Part shown: positions 1 through 9,936 of the stretch, one piece after another
Layout: each line of letters opens with the position of its first letter
How positions within the stretch are numbered: position 1 is the stretch's first letter
Notes under the pieces: generated by a model
What the model saw: only the letters and a program-made list of their open reading frames with translations
What the model was told of the DNA's origin: nothing
Databases searched by the model: none
NCBI GenBank assembly: GCA_030295235.1
Contig: AP026129.1
Span: forward strand, 372,001-436,000
Length of the DNA stretch: 64,000 nt
Source of the DNA: Fistulifera solaris
Lineage: Eukaryota
Reading direction: 5' to 3'
Translations under genes and position numbers: made by a program

Positions 1-2
1 TA

Positions 3-65
3 GATCCCAACCTGAATCTAATTGACGCTGCTATTCCGTTCGTAATCGGGATCGGGGGTGTCTAG
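3..65 (+). CDS. 3' end of a gene truncated by the window edge (possibly ABC1/ADCK-type kinase C-terminus)
   Basis: Frame reads DPNLNLIDAAIPFVIGIGGV* (TAG 63-65), loosely resembling the LDPxxxxxxxAxPY ending of ABC1 kinases; only 20 aa visible. Confidence 0.25.
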   Translation, partial: DPNLNLIDAAIPFVIGIGGV

Positions 66-402
66 AAATTGAATGTAGAGGATAGAGCCAGTTAAAATTT
101 AAGTTGACTTGTTACGGGCATCACCTCCTTTTCTAAATGACCACGCATCATAATCTTTATCGTTGGTTTGATCGTTAAATAATAATGAGTGCCAGCTAGA
201 ACAAATCGTGCGTGACACGTCATCAGGTAATGAGTCTGCTTCCTCCGATCTTGCGGATCTTGTGAATTTTCGCCGACCCGTCTTTCGTCAACCATGCGTC
301 ATGCGTCACCTACCACAGCCACATAAAAACTAAAGAAACCATTCTTCGCTTTTCGACATCCACCGCTTGACATTTCCTACAATACCAATAGTGCTTCTTA
401 CC

Positions 403-1750
403 ATGATCTCCAAGCAATTCATTTCTCGTCTAGGACGACAGTCTCAAAAGTTCTCGACAAGATGGCAGAGTACTAGTCCATTTGCGGCGTACGAGATGGC
501 ACCTTTAGATCCGATTATTGGCTTGAACGAAGAGTTTCAGCGCGACGACTTTCCTCAAAAGGTCATCGTCGGCGTCGGTGCCTATCGTGACGATGCCGGC
601 AAGCCATACGTTCTTCCGTGTGTTCGCGAAGCGGAACAAAGACTCGTTGATCAGAAACTGGACATGGAATATTCCGGAATTGTAAGTTGACGCGTCGTGT
701 CGACCCGTCGTTTTTTCGACACTTTTCAGAATACTTACAAACGCACCTACGGTTATATAGGCCGGAGACCAAAAGTTTGTGGACCTTTCCCTCAAATTTG
801 GGTACGGAGAAGATTCCGGCGCTTTGAAAGAAGGACGAATTCAAGGTGTTCAGGCCCTTTCGGGGACCGGTGGTCTCCGCGTTTTCGGTGAAATGATTCG
901 TCGTCATGGACACAAACACATTTACGTACCCAATCCAACATGGGGAAATCACATCCCCATCTTTCAAAATTCTGGCCTCGAAGTTCGAAAGTACAGATAT
1001 TACGATGCCAGCAATAGCAGTTTAGACTTTGACGGCATGATCAAAGATATACAAGATATCCCTGCCGGAAGTTGTGTTTTGTTGCATGCCTGTGCCCACA
1101 ATCCTACCGGAATGGACCCCACGCTGGAGCAATGGAAGCAATTGTCGGAGCTGTTCAAGAAAAAACAACTTTTCCCTTTCTTCGATGCTGCCTACCAGGG
1201 CTTTGCTTCGGGCGATGCTATTCTCGACGCCGCTTCGTTGCGCATGTTTGTTGACGACGGACATCTTTTGGGCACTATTCAATCGTTCTCGAAAAATTTT
1301 GGATTGTACGGTCATCGTGTTGGTACGCTCTCGGTGGTGGGTAGCAATGCGGAAGAAGCCGCGCGTGTTGTGTCACAGATGAAAATGGTGATCCGTCCCA
1401 TGTACTCGAACCCGCCTCGCCACGGTGCCCGCATTGTCTCCACGATTTTGGACGACCCAAAATTGAAAAGTGATTTCTATGAACAATGCAAGGGGATGGC
1501 CGATCGTATGAATACTATGCGCACGAAACTGCGAGATGAACTAGAAGCAGTCGGGTCGACTCGCAACTGGGACCACATTGTGAAACAGATCGGGATGTTT
1601 GCCTACTCTGGTCTGAACAAAGAGCAAGTAATGGAAATGCGATCCAAACACCATCTGTATTGCACAGCGGACGGTCGTATTAGCATGGCCGGTGTCACGA
1701 CTGGCAACGTTTCATACATTGCGAATGCCATGCATGATGTATCCAAGTAA
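403..1750 (+). CDS. GOT2: Aspartate aminotransferase, mitochondrial
   Basis: Exon 403-681, GT-AG intron 682-760, exon 761-1750. Motifs DPIIG, GVGAYRD, QALSGTG, NPTWGNH, HACAHNPTG, AYQGFASG, PLP lysine in QSFSKNFGLYG, GRIS. R/S-rich acid-free N-terminal presequence. Confidence 0.95.
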
Positions 1751-1890
1751 ATTTATCTATTGCCATACTTTTCGCGTCAATAAAGTGATTGAATAATAGA
1801 CCTCTAATTATATTTTGCTGTAATGGAACTCTGTATTCTATGCATGTATGAAAATCCGATCTAAGCCGCCTTTGCGCGATTTTGGTGCGA

Positions 1891-3427
1891 TTATTCGAAA
1901 CGTTCCGTAAAAGTATTGAGGGTGTCATGAAAAGCCTTTACATCATCTTGGTCAAGCTCGAGCTCGTAGCGAGCAACTACGGAAGGTCTCTTAAGATCCA
2001 TACGACGAGCAATGTCACTCGGCGTGCCGAATATAATGGTGTCGCATTCCACAGCATGGATGGTTGCTTCTAGATCCTTCACTTGCTCCTTACCGTATCC
2101 CATGGCCGGAAGAACATTCTTCAAATGAGGAAACTTTTCAAACACTTTCTTTAAAGAACCTTGCGCACTGGGACGAGGATCGACAATTTCAGAAGCACCA
2201 AGGTCTGTGGCTAGAACATAACCTGCTCCATACACCATGCCACCGTGAGTCAGTGTCGGTCCGTCGTCGATCACGAGGACGCGCTTGCCCTTGACCAAGT
2301 TAGAAGCCTCTTCAGTTTTAAGATCATGGCCCTCAGCTGTGACCACAGACCCCGCCAAGAAGATTGGTGCGTCTGGCTTGGTGATATTCTTCAGTTTTTC
2401 GGCCTGTTTTAGTGCCTTCTCCTTATCGGCTGGGCTATTGACTTTGCAGACTAGAACTACATCTGCCATTCGGACGTTGGTTTCTCCGGGGAAATAACGA
2501 ATTTCGTCGGACGGGCGCAACGAATCTACTAGACAGATGTGTAGGTTTGGCTTGTAGAATGGCAGATCATTGTTTCCTCCATCCCAAATGATAATATCAG
2601 CATCCTTTTCAGCCTCACGAAGAATCATGGGGTAATCAACGCCAGCGAAGAGGAGAGTTCCTTGCTCAATATGACGGAAATATTCTTCGCGCTCCTCAAT
2701 GGTGCAGTCATATTTGTCCATGTCTTCCATCTTTTCGTATCTTTGGCATCGTTGATTCAGCAAGTTCTTGTCGTAAGGCATAGGGTGCCGAATAGCAGCA
2801 ACCTTCATGCCCTTGTCTTTGAAGTACTGCGAGCAAGAGATAGTTTGATAACAGTGAGCACTCATTGTGGCTTTCTCAACCATGATGACGACGTAACATT
2901 CAACGTACCTTTGCCACATATCTTGTCGCCTGTGACTTGCCCACACCCGTCCTACTGGCGCAAACAGAGATGACAGGCTTGCTCGACTCCACCATGGTTA
3001 AGTGAGGAGGAAGTTGGACAAATTTGCATCCAGCAGCGTTAGCCCTCGAAGCGAGAGACTGTACCGTGTCGTAACTCAAGTCCGAGTACGCCATGGCGAC
3101 CGTTGTGGCACCGAAGCGCGCGACGAGTTCTTCCAACTTGTCTTCGGGAAATATTTTGACTCCGTTGGGATAGCGATTGTTGTTCAGGTCGTTGTTACAC
3201 ATTTCGCTGGGGAACGTACGGTCGTCAATGCCTGGAATTTGAGCAGCCGTGAAGCACACCACTTCAACATTTGGCTGTTTCGACCAGTAGGTGATGAAAT
3301 CATGAAAGTCTCGTCCTGCTGCCCCCAAAATAATGACCTTCTCTGTCAACTCATCCTTATGATGGCCAAACGTTTTCACCATAGGGGCGAAGCTCTTTTT
3401 AACTTGTTGGACTGCTCCAGAAAGCAT
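1891..3427 (-). CDS. arcE: Arginine synthetase (ArcE)-like P-loop NTPase, cyclic 2,3-diphosphoglycerate synthetase-like family
   Basis: Exon 3427-2909, GT-AG intron 2908-2827, exon 2826-1891 join in frame (RYVAK|YFKDK). Family motifs KVIILGAAGRDFH, FTAAQIPGI, AYSD, P-loop RTGVGKS, IRHPMPY, CTIEEREEY, AGVDY, WDGGNND, PGETN, DGPTLTHGGM, LPAMGYG, GTP. Confidence 0.85.
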
Positions 3428-3921
3428 GCTGTATGTTTGTTAATGTTTTTCTAATGTTTTCAATTTGTGAGAGGATGATAAAGGAGGCAAAACCTTCCAT
3501 ACATGCCATCACGACTCTTTATGCGAACCCCCTCATTCATTTGTGACATCAAAATGTTGACCCGATGATTACAGTATTTGATTGATGGCTTCTTCTTCGA
3601 TGGGTCTTCTTCGGCAAGGTCGTCGATGGATGGCACGTCTTTTTTGTCAATGCTGCATTGACCCATCGGTACTTATACCACAATGATAATAATATCTTCT
3701 TTCATAATTATGAACCGTCATTTGCGAACTCGAAACGGAAACGCGAACTGAGCCATCAACCACCATCTTGACGAATCATTTGTGTTGTATGAGAAACCAT
3801 TCTTCGGTAAAGAAAGAATGTCGGGTACTTCAGAAATCGGAAGCGACAACCTTGCTTCTCATAAATAATTATTTGATCCTTTTCAAATTGAAACAGAGAA
3901 CATCGGCGTTTGTCATTCATC
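3428..3921. promoter_or_regulatory. Probable bidirectional promoter shared by the arcE-like and carbamate kinase genes
   Basis: ~490 bp between two divergent ATGs (3427 on -, 3922 on +); no convincing ORF. Confidence 0.5.
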
Positions 3922-5044
3922 ATGCTTTCCCGATCGTTGCGAAATGTCGGCCGATTTATGAGCCGTGCAAGAATTCCAGCGGTAACAGCCAAATACATGT
4001 CGTCCAACATGAATGATCATATTGTAATTGCGCTTGGTGGGAATGCTTTGTTAAAAAGAGGAGAAAAACATGACCATATCCAATCAGCGACACAACATCC
4101 GAGACGGCATGCAATCCTTGGCAGACATAGTGCGCAAGCACAAAACGACGATTGTGCATGGAAATGGTCCACAGTAAGTGCCACAACGTATCTCTTTCAT
4201 GACTTGTCGGAGCAGACTTATATTCAAAACCATTAATGTATTCAGGGTGGGCCTGCTCATGTTAGAAAGCGATGCATATGAACGCCAGACGGGTTTGCAA
4301 CAGATATCGCTTGACGTCTTGGATGCCGAGACAGAAGGAATGATCGGTTACATGATCGAACAGGAGTTACAGCCATACCTTTCTCAAGACCAAGGTATGG
4401 TGACAGTCTTAAGCCAGATTGTCGTGTCACCCGATGACCCATCGATGTTGAATCCAACGAAGTTTGTAGGCCCCGTGTACACTAAAGAAGAAGCGAATAA
4501 ATTATCTGTACCCGTCAAAGCTGACGGAAAATATTTCCGGCGGGTCGTACCCTCACCGCAACCAATCAAGTTGGTTCCGCACCAGCTTCAAGTAGTCCAG
4601 AAACTTACTGATGCTGGTTGTATTGTCATTTGCGGTGGAGGCGGAGGCATACCGGTCGTCGAGAAAGAAGGCAGGTACGAAGGTATCGAGGCCGTCATAG
4701 ACAAAGATCGTGCAGCAACAATGATCGGGAAAGCGATTGGAGCGCAAGGTCTCTTAATTCTGACCGACATTCCAGCAGTAGCCATCCATTACGGAACGGA
4801 ACAACAAAAGTTCATTAAAACGATATCTCCCAATCAACTCGAGACTCTGAAGGATCACTTTCCCGCCGGTTCGATGGGTCCCAAGGTAGAGTCTGCCATT
4901 GATTTTGTTCGACTAACAAATGGCTGGGCAGCCATTGGCTCATTGCAGAATGCTGACGAAATCGTCGCCGGAAAGGCGGGAACCATGGTTCGTGACACTC
5001 CAACAGATGATCCCGTTGTATTTTATGAGAAAGGCGACATATAA
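3922..5044 (+). CDS. arcC: Carbamate kinase with N-terminal mitochondrial-type presequence
   Basis: IVIALGGNALL, HGNGPQ|VG across GT-AG intron 4174-4245, AETEGMIGY, NPTKFVGP, RRVVPSP, GGGGIPV, AVIDKD, GSMGPKV. One extra A in the A-run 4064-4068 shifts frame in exon 1 (likely assembly error). Confidence 0.93.
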
Positions 5045-5158
5045 TGAAAGTTAAAGAGCTTCAGCTGCCGAAGCGATAGACGTACAATGTTTACAATCGT
5101 CTTTGCATAATATGTTCGTTTTGCCCGTCACTCAACACTGATCGAATCCATCACGGAT

Positions 5159-5992
5159 TCAAGCCACGGTCTGGATTACCCCGCAACACTGACAAGACAC
5201 GGGCCACATTTCGTCGACAAAGAATCGTTCTTCAGTTAATATACGAGCCAAAGGAAAGGCTTCGTGTATTGTTTGAGCTGTATACCGATGTAAATGGCAG
5301 TTATCCGCGACCGCTTGCTGAAGCGGATCCAAAAGCTGTTGTTGAACACCAAAGAAGGGTTTCCCATCACCCGGTTCTGTCGCTACGTGTTCGACATATC
5401 CCAACGTTCCACCGTTGGGTTTCAACAGACGCTTCATTTCTTGCGCTGCCTTGATGGGATTATTGACACTGCATAGCATGGTGCAAAACACAATCGAATC
5501 AAAAAAGCCATCTGGAAACGGCACCACAGTAGTAATATCCCCAGAAATGAACTGTAAATCCACGTGAAATTTTTTTAATTGCACCTTGGCATCTTCTTGT
5601 ACTTTACGGCTCGGTATTTTGAAGTCTAGACCCACTAATTCCATCGGTACAGGGACTCGTTGTAAAGCTTGATTGTACAAACCGCGCCGTACGAGGCGAC
5701 AATCCGACCCCATGCCGACCTCCAAAATTCGCAAGGGACGTGATGGACCATCGTTGACCACAATATTCTCCAGTGCAGTCGTTAAAGTCGATATAACTCT
5801 TCTCTCATGAGTCTCTGGATAAATGAGATTGCTGGTTAGCTGGATTTTCTGAAACGTTTTTCCGTAATAATACGCAGTTCCTGCGGCGAGCGGTGCCTTC
5901 CAAAACCAGTCGCGCCGCGTCTCTGGTTGCGAGAAAGCTTTGACTGCAGCCCGCGATGTTACCATAACAACGATCCAACAGAAAACGATCAT
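5159..5992 (-). CDS. Class I SAM-dependent methyltransferase (METTL7/type 11-like), probably plastid-targeted
   Basis: ILEVGMG motif I, PFPDGFFDSIV, LCSV, RLLKPNGG, EH, CHLHR; hydrophobic signal peptide followed by VKA-F. Confidence 0.8.
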   Translation of the reverse strand: MIVFCWIVVMVTSRAAVKAFSQPETRRDWFWKAPLAAGTAYYYGKTFQKIQLTSNLIYPETHERRVISTLTTALENIVVNDGPSRPLRILEVGMGSDCRLVRRGLYNQALQRVPVPMELVGLDFKIPSRKVQEDAKVQLKKFHVDLQFISGDITTVVPFPDGFFDSIVFCTMLCSVNNPIKAAQEMKRLLKPNGGTLGYVEHVATEPGDGKPFFGVQQQLLDPLQQAVADNCHLHRYTAQTIHEAFPLARILTEERFFVDEMWPVSCQCCGVIQTVA

Positions 5993-6619
5993 CGTACACA
6001 CACCATTATTCTTTGGTCGGAAATGCTTTTACCGCCGCTGGTACTACGGCAGAATGCGTTTCTTGAAAATAATGGAACTCGACACTCGACGCTTCCTACT
6101 TTATGTTGTGTATCACACAAACAATTATCCGACGGAAATCACTTGCAGTCCCGAGAACTGTTTTAAGGCGTGTATTTGATTCAATACCTCGATCTGTGGA
6201 AGTGCAATGGATGTTGTCACTACTGGTATGTATTTTTGTTGATATTGTTTCCTGGTATCTGCAGTGAGGATTCAAAATAATGCAAAGTTACTTTTTTTTA
6301 ATGGTGCCAGTACTTGTAACTTGTAACTTGTAACGGTAATTGTCTTCGACTAACGTTACGAGTACGAGCTACGCTCCATTATATCGCACCGTCACCAAAA
6401 AAATTTTACGACGACGACGCACATCATCGCGAAAAGCAGGTGTCCTCTGTCCTCTCACCTTCATTCGTTTCTTTCTTGACCATAATAATATTATACCAGG
6501 TACAAGTACTCTTCCCTCAAAGCGTTGGGTCTCTGCAATTGAAAAGTAATCCTTCTCTTTTACTTGTACTTATTACCAACTGATTACTAAAAGAGTCGTC
6601 GTTTTTAGCCGAAAGCACG

Positions 6620-8269
6620 ATGCGATCATCATTATTTCGAGTCCTCCTCTTCGTCGCAGTTGCCTGGTGGAGAATCATCGTTCAAGCCTACACCTTTCCC
6701 TCACTCGGTCGCAAAGCGTTTCATTTCTACGCTTCCTTGTCAAATGAAGAGACAAAGAACAAAACATGGATGAATAAATTAGGCTTTCGACGGGCGTCTC
6801 GTGATGGACGTGTCGCTCGTGAACTGTACAAGTCGAAACGAAGCAAAGACAAACATCGCATCACCGACCGAATCGCATTGGAGGACTATTTTCAAGACAC
6901 GAAAATGCAATTTCGGGATGATAAGGGGGAAATCGACTATTCTGCTTTACTCGGGGCACTCGATGTTCGCGGCGACACACAAATCATCGGCACCGCCAAC
7001 TATACGCACCCCGTCGTGCAATTGTTGCACGAACGAAGACGGAGTATACAACACGGTGCCGCGACAGCAAATGGTACAGCACACACCAAAGTTGCTCTCG
7101 CCATTGAAGGTGGAGGTATGCGTGGATGTGTATCAGCGGGAGCCATATGCGCGATCTATCATCTCAACTTGACAAAATGCATTGATGTTGTGTACGGAGC
7201 ATCGGCTGGTTCACTCATAGGGTCGTATTTGATTACCAACCAGCTGCCGTGGTTCGGTCCTGAACTCTACTATGATAAACTAACTACTGCGGGGCGACAG
7301 TTCATTGATACAAGACGGTTGCTGCGAGCGTTGGGATTTGGTCTGTTGGATCCTCGCCTGCTCAAAGATGTACTCACTCGACGGGCGTTTGGCAAGCCGG
7401 TATTGAACTTGTCATTCTTGTTGCAAAAGACGATGCAAGAAACAAAACCTCTCGATTGGGATACCTTTGTTGCCAAGCAAAGTACAATACCGCTCAAAGT
7501 TGTTGTATCAGATTTGAAATCAGAACGGTCGCGGGCGCTTGACATGGAAGGAGGATACTTTGAGACCCTCTCCGAACTATCACAATGTATGCATGCATCT
7601 TGCTTATTACCAGGGATTGCCGGACCTTTAATGAACATGGACATGGATGTGATCAAAGGTCGCAAAAAAGGGGAGAAATTCATTCTCGGGAATAATTTGA
7701 ATGCCGATGCCATCCATCCGATGGCGGATGCATTGGTATACGAGCCACTTCCGTACCATTCAGCAATTGATGATGGAGCCACGCATGTGATCGTAGTGCG
7801 ATCTAGACCAGATGGTGTCGACGTCTCGGGAAAGTCAAGTTTTTTCGAAAGTCTAATTTTTCGCAGATTCTTTCTGCGAAAGAACCGCCTACCTCATATA
7901 TTCGAGCGATTTCGGAGACAACAACACAAAAAGATTTATGCAAGAGACGTTCTTGAATTGAACGAACACGCCAACAGTCAGCAAGATTATTTAGACACAT
8001 CGAAGCCCCATATTTTGACGATTGCGGCGCCGCCAGGTTCGCCCGAAGTATCTCGGCTCGAAACGGGACGTCAAGCTATTTTTGAAGGTATCCGACGTGG
8101 CTTCGCCAGAGCCTATGACTGTCTCGTGGAGGACCCTTCTCAACGAGGAAAAGGAATGGAGGTTGCTTTAGAGTTCTTCCCGGACGATATTCTGGATTAC
8201 GATCCATTGCTCATCGACACAACAGATGAGTCAGCCTATGAATATTATTTGAAGCAGAGGCAGATATAG
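6620..8269 (+). CDS. Patatin-like phospholipase with signal peptide
   Basis: EGGGMRG oxyanion motif, GASAG nucleophile, catalytic D in MADAL; intact 549 aa ORF. Confidence 0.88.
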   Translation: MRSSLFRVLLFVAVAWWRIIVQAYTFPSLGRKAFHFYASLSNEETKNKTWMNKLGFRRASRDGRVARELYKSKRSKDKHRITDRIALEDYFQDTKMQFRDDKGEIDYSALLGALDVRGDTQIIGTANYTHPVVQLLHERRRSIQHGAATANGTAHTKVALAIEGGGMRGCVSAGAICAIYHLNLTKCIDVVYGASAGSLIGSYLITNQLPWFGPELYYDKLTTAGRQFIDTRRLLRALGFGLLDPRLLKDVLTRRAFGKPVLNLSFLLQKTMQETKPLDWDTFVAKQSTIPLKVVVSDLKSERSRALDMEGGYFETLSELSQCMHASCLLPGIAGPLMNMDMDVIKGRKKGEKFILGNNLNADAIHPMADALVYEPLPYHSAIDDGATHVIVVRSRPDGVDVSGKSSFFESLIFRRFFLRKNRLPHIFERFRRQQHKKIYARDVLELNEHANSQQDYLDTSKPHILTIAAPPGSPEVSRLETGRQAIFEGIRRGFARAYDCLVEDPSQRGKGMEVALEFFPDDILDYDPLLIDTTDESAYEYYLKQRQI

Positions 8270-8558
8270 ATTCGAACTGAACATAAAAATACAACACTTT
8301 TCTATAGATCATCGAATGCCTGATTACACTGTAGCTTTCACAAAAGATCATCTCAATTCGTCATTTCTCGTACTCAAAGCTCTTGAAAGTTCGCGCGGGT
8401 TCACCTTGTTTCCCAGGGAATTGTAATCATTTCATTCCTTTATATTGAAACCCTGACGATGCAAAAAAAATAAGCGTGTAGCTGCTTTCATGTAACACCG
8501 GTGTTTACGGACAAATAATAGATCCGACCGGACTCTTGATAGAAATATCCACGTTGCT

Positions 8559-9542
8559 TCACGGTGATTCACCTTGTTCGCTATCCGAGCGTGGATGTTC
8601 TAAAGAAGGAGATTCCCGTTTCAACAGATCCGCCTCACGACACCCAAACCACGCTGACCAGTTTGTCGGAATCGGCGCTACGAACGTGCGCTGCGAAAGG
8701 TTCAGCACAATCTTTTCTTCTGGTAGGTATAGCCTCCGTGCATGCAAGGCGACTGACGCATCGGGCAGTGCACGTGGCGCGCCATATCGCAAATCACCTA
8801 CTAAGGGACATCCGTGACAGGCAAGCAGTGAACGAATGACATGTTTCGAACCGTTATTGGTCTCAACTTCCAGAACAACGACTGGCGATTGCTTGGAGAG
8901 GAACATTGTCCGATACCGCAGTGCCGAAATCTTTTGCCGCGTGTCATGCAACGACAACGTTTTGCTCGACAAGATAGGTTTCATAATCACCGAGGCACCT
9001 CTTGTAGGACCAGTACGACTTGTTTCTCGTCGATTGGGACTATTTCTTCGTTGTTCCGCACCCCGCAATTCTGTCCATGCCTGTTGCGAAGGCGACAAGT
9101 GCCTTTGCCAGTCGTCTCTTGCAACTACGACGAAATAGGATTTGTGCACTTGTTGCCACTGCGATTGAATCCGACTGGCACTTTTGCTCGATTTCCCATA
9201 CAACAAAACTCCCGTACACGGTTGATCGAGACGATGCAAGGGTCGCAAGAAAGTGTGTTGTTGTAAGCAATACTGCAGAAGGCATTTGCCGTCATCTTGT
9301 CCGTCGTTGGGTATCGAGCGCCATCCGGCAGGTTTGTTGAGAGCCAATAAATGATTACTCTCGAAAAGAATACTGGGTTTCGGAAGAGAGCGCTTCTTAC
9401 CAGCAGTGTTGTAGGCGGTGGCCGAAAAGCGTCTTAACATGCTGTGCAGTAGAAAGAAGCCAAGCACAATGAATTGTCGTGCTCTTTTCAAAGACAGCTT
9501 GTGAACTTGCGACATGATCTCGCGGGCGCGATTACTGATCAA
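8559..9542 (-). CDS. RluA-family RNA pseudouridine synthase
   Basis: LNKPAG, HRLDQPCTG, GSKHVIR, PLVGDLRYG, LHA motifs; true start uncertain (ORF begins at an alternative codon). Confidence 0.85.
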   Translation of the reverse strand: MISNRAREIMSQVHKLSLKRARQFIVLGFFLLHSMLRRFSATAYNTAGKKRSLPKPSILFESNHLLALNKPAGWRSIPNDGQDDGKCLLQYCLQQHTFLRPLHRLDQPCTGVLLYGKSSKSASRIQSQWQQVHKSYFVVVARDDWQRHLSPSQQAWTELRGAEQRRNSPNRRETSRTGPTRGASVIMKPILSSKTLSLHDTRQKISALRYRTMFLSKQSPVVVLEVETNNGSKHVIRSLLACHGCPLVGDLRYGAPRALPDASVALHARRLYLPEEKIVLNLSQRTFVAPIPTNWSAWFGCREADLLKRESPSLEHPRSDSEQGESP

Positions 9543-9936
9543 TTTGACCCTGCAGAGTCTATAGGTCCGACGCAGGAGATCAACTTAACAAACGAGTGTT
9601 TTCTACCAATCGAAAGGAACATACTAAGTAATCGAATAAAAGCGCATCCTTCATTCGTCTCAACCGAAAAAATGGACCGTAATGACAGCACACGCGCGCA
9701 TGACAGACGTAGGTGCATTGCAGGATGAGTCACGTTTGAACCTTCATTCACGCTGGCCAACCCGTTCTCCACCAGAAAGGAACTTCTGAGCCATCGGAAC
9801 GAAAGAATAACGATGAGCCAGAGCGTTCCTTTTCATTCGTTCATTTCTTTTCACTTTTTTTGAAATAGTCACAGCATGAATTGAATCAAAAGTACTAGGT
9901 ATACAAACACAAGAGCGAATCTCCATCGCTGTAAAT

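Noticed and set aside
1891..3427. True cyclic 2,3-diphosphoglycerate synthetase or a translation GTPase
   Set aside because: The GAAGRDFH/RHPMPY/DGGNND set matches the ArcE-type subfamily, no 2-phosphoglycerate kinase is nearby, and the neighbour is carbamate kinase
4064..4068. Programmed ribosomal frameshifting in carbamate kinase and other genes
   Set aside because: Shifts occur in both directions, in unrelated genes, at generic homopolymers, which is the signature of long-read error
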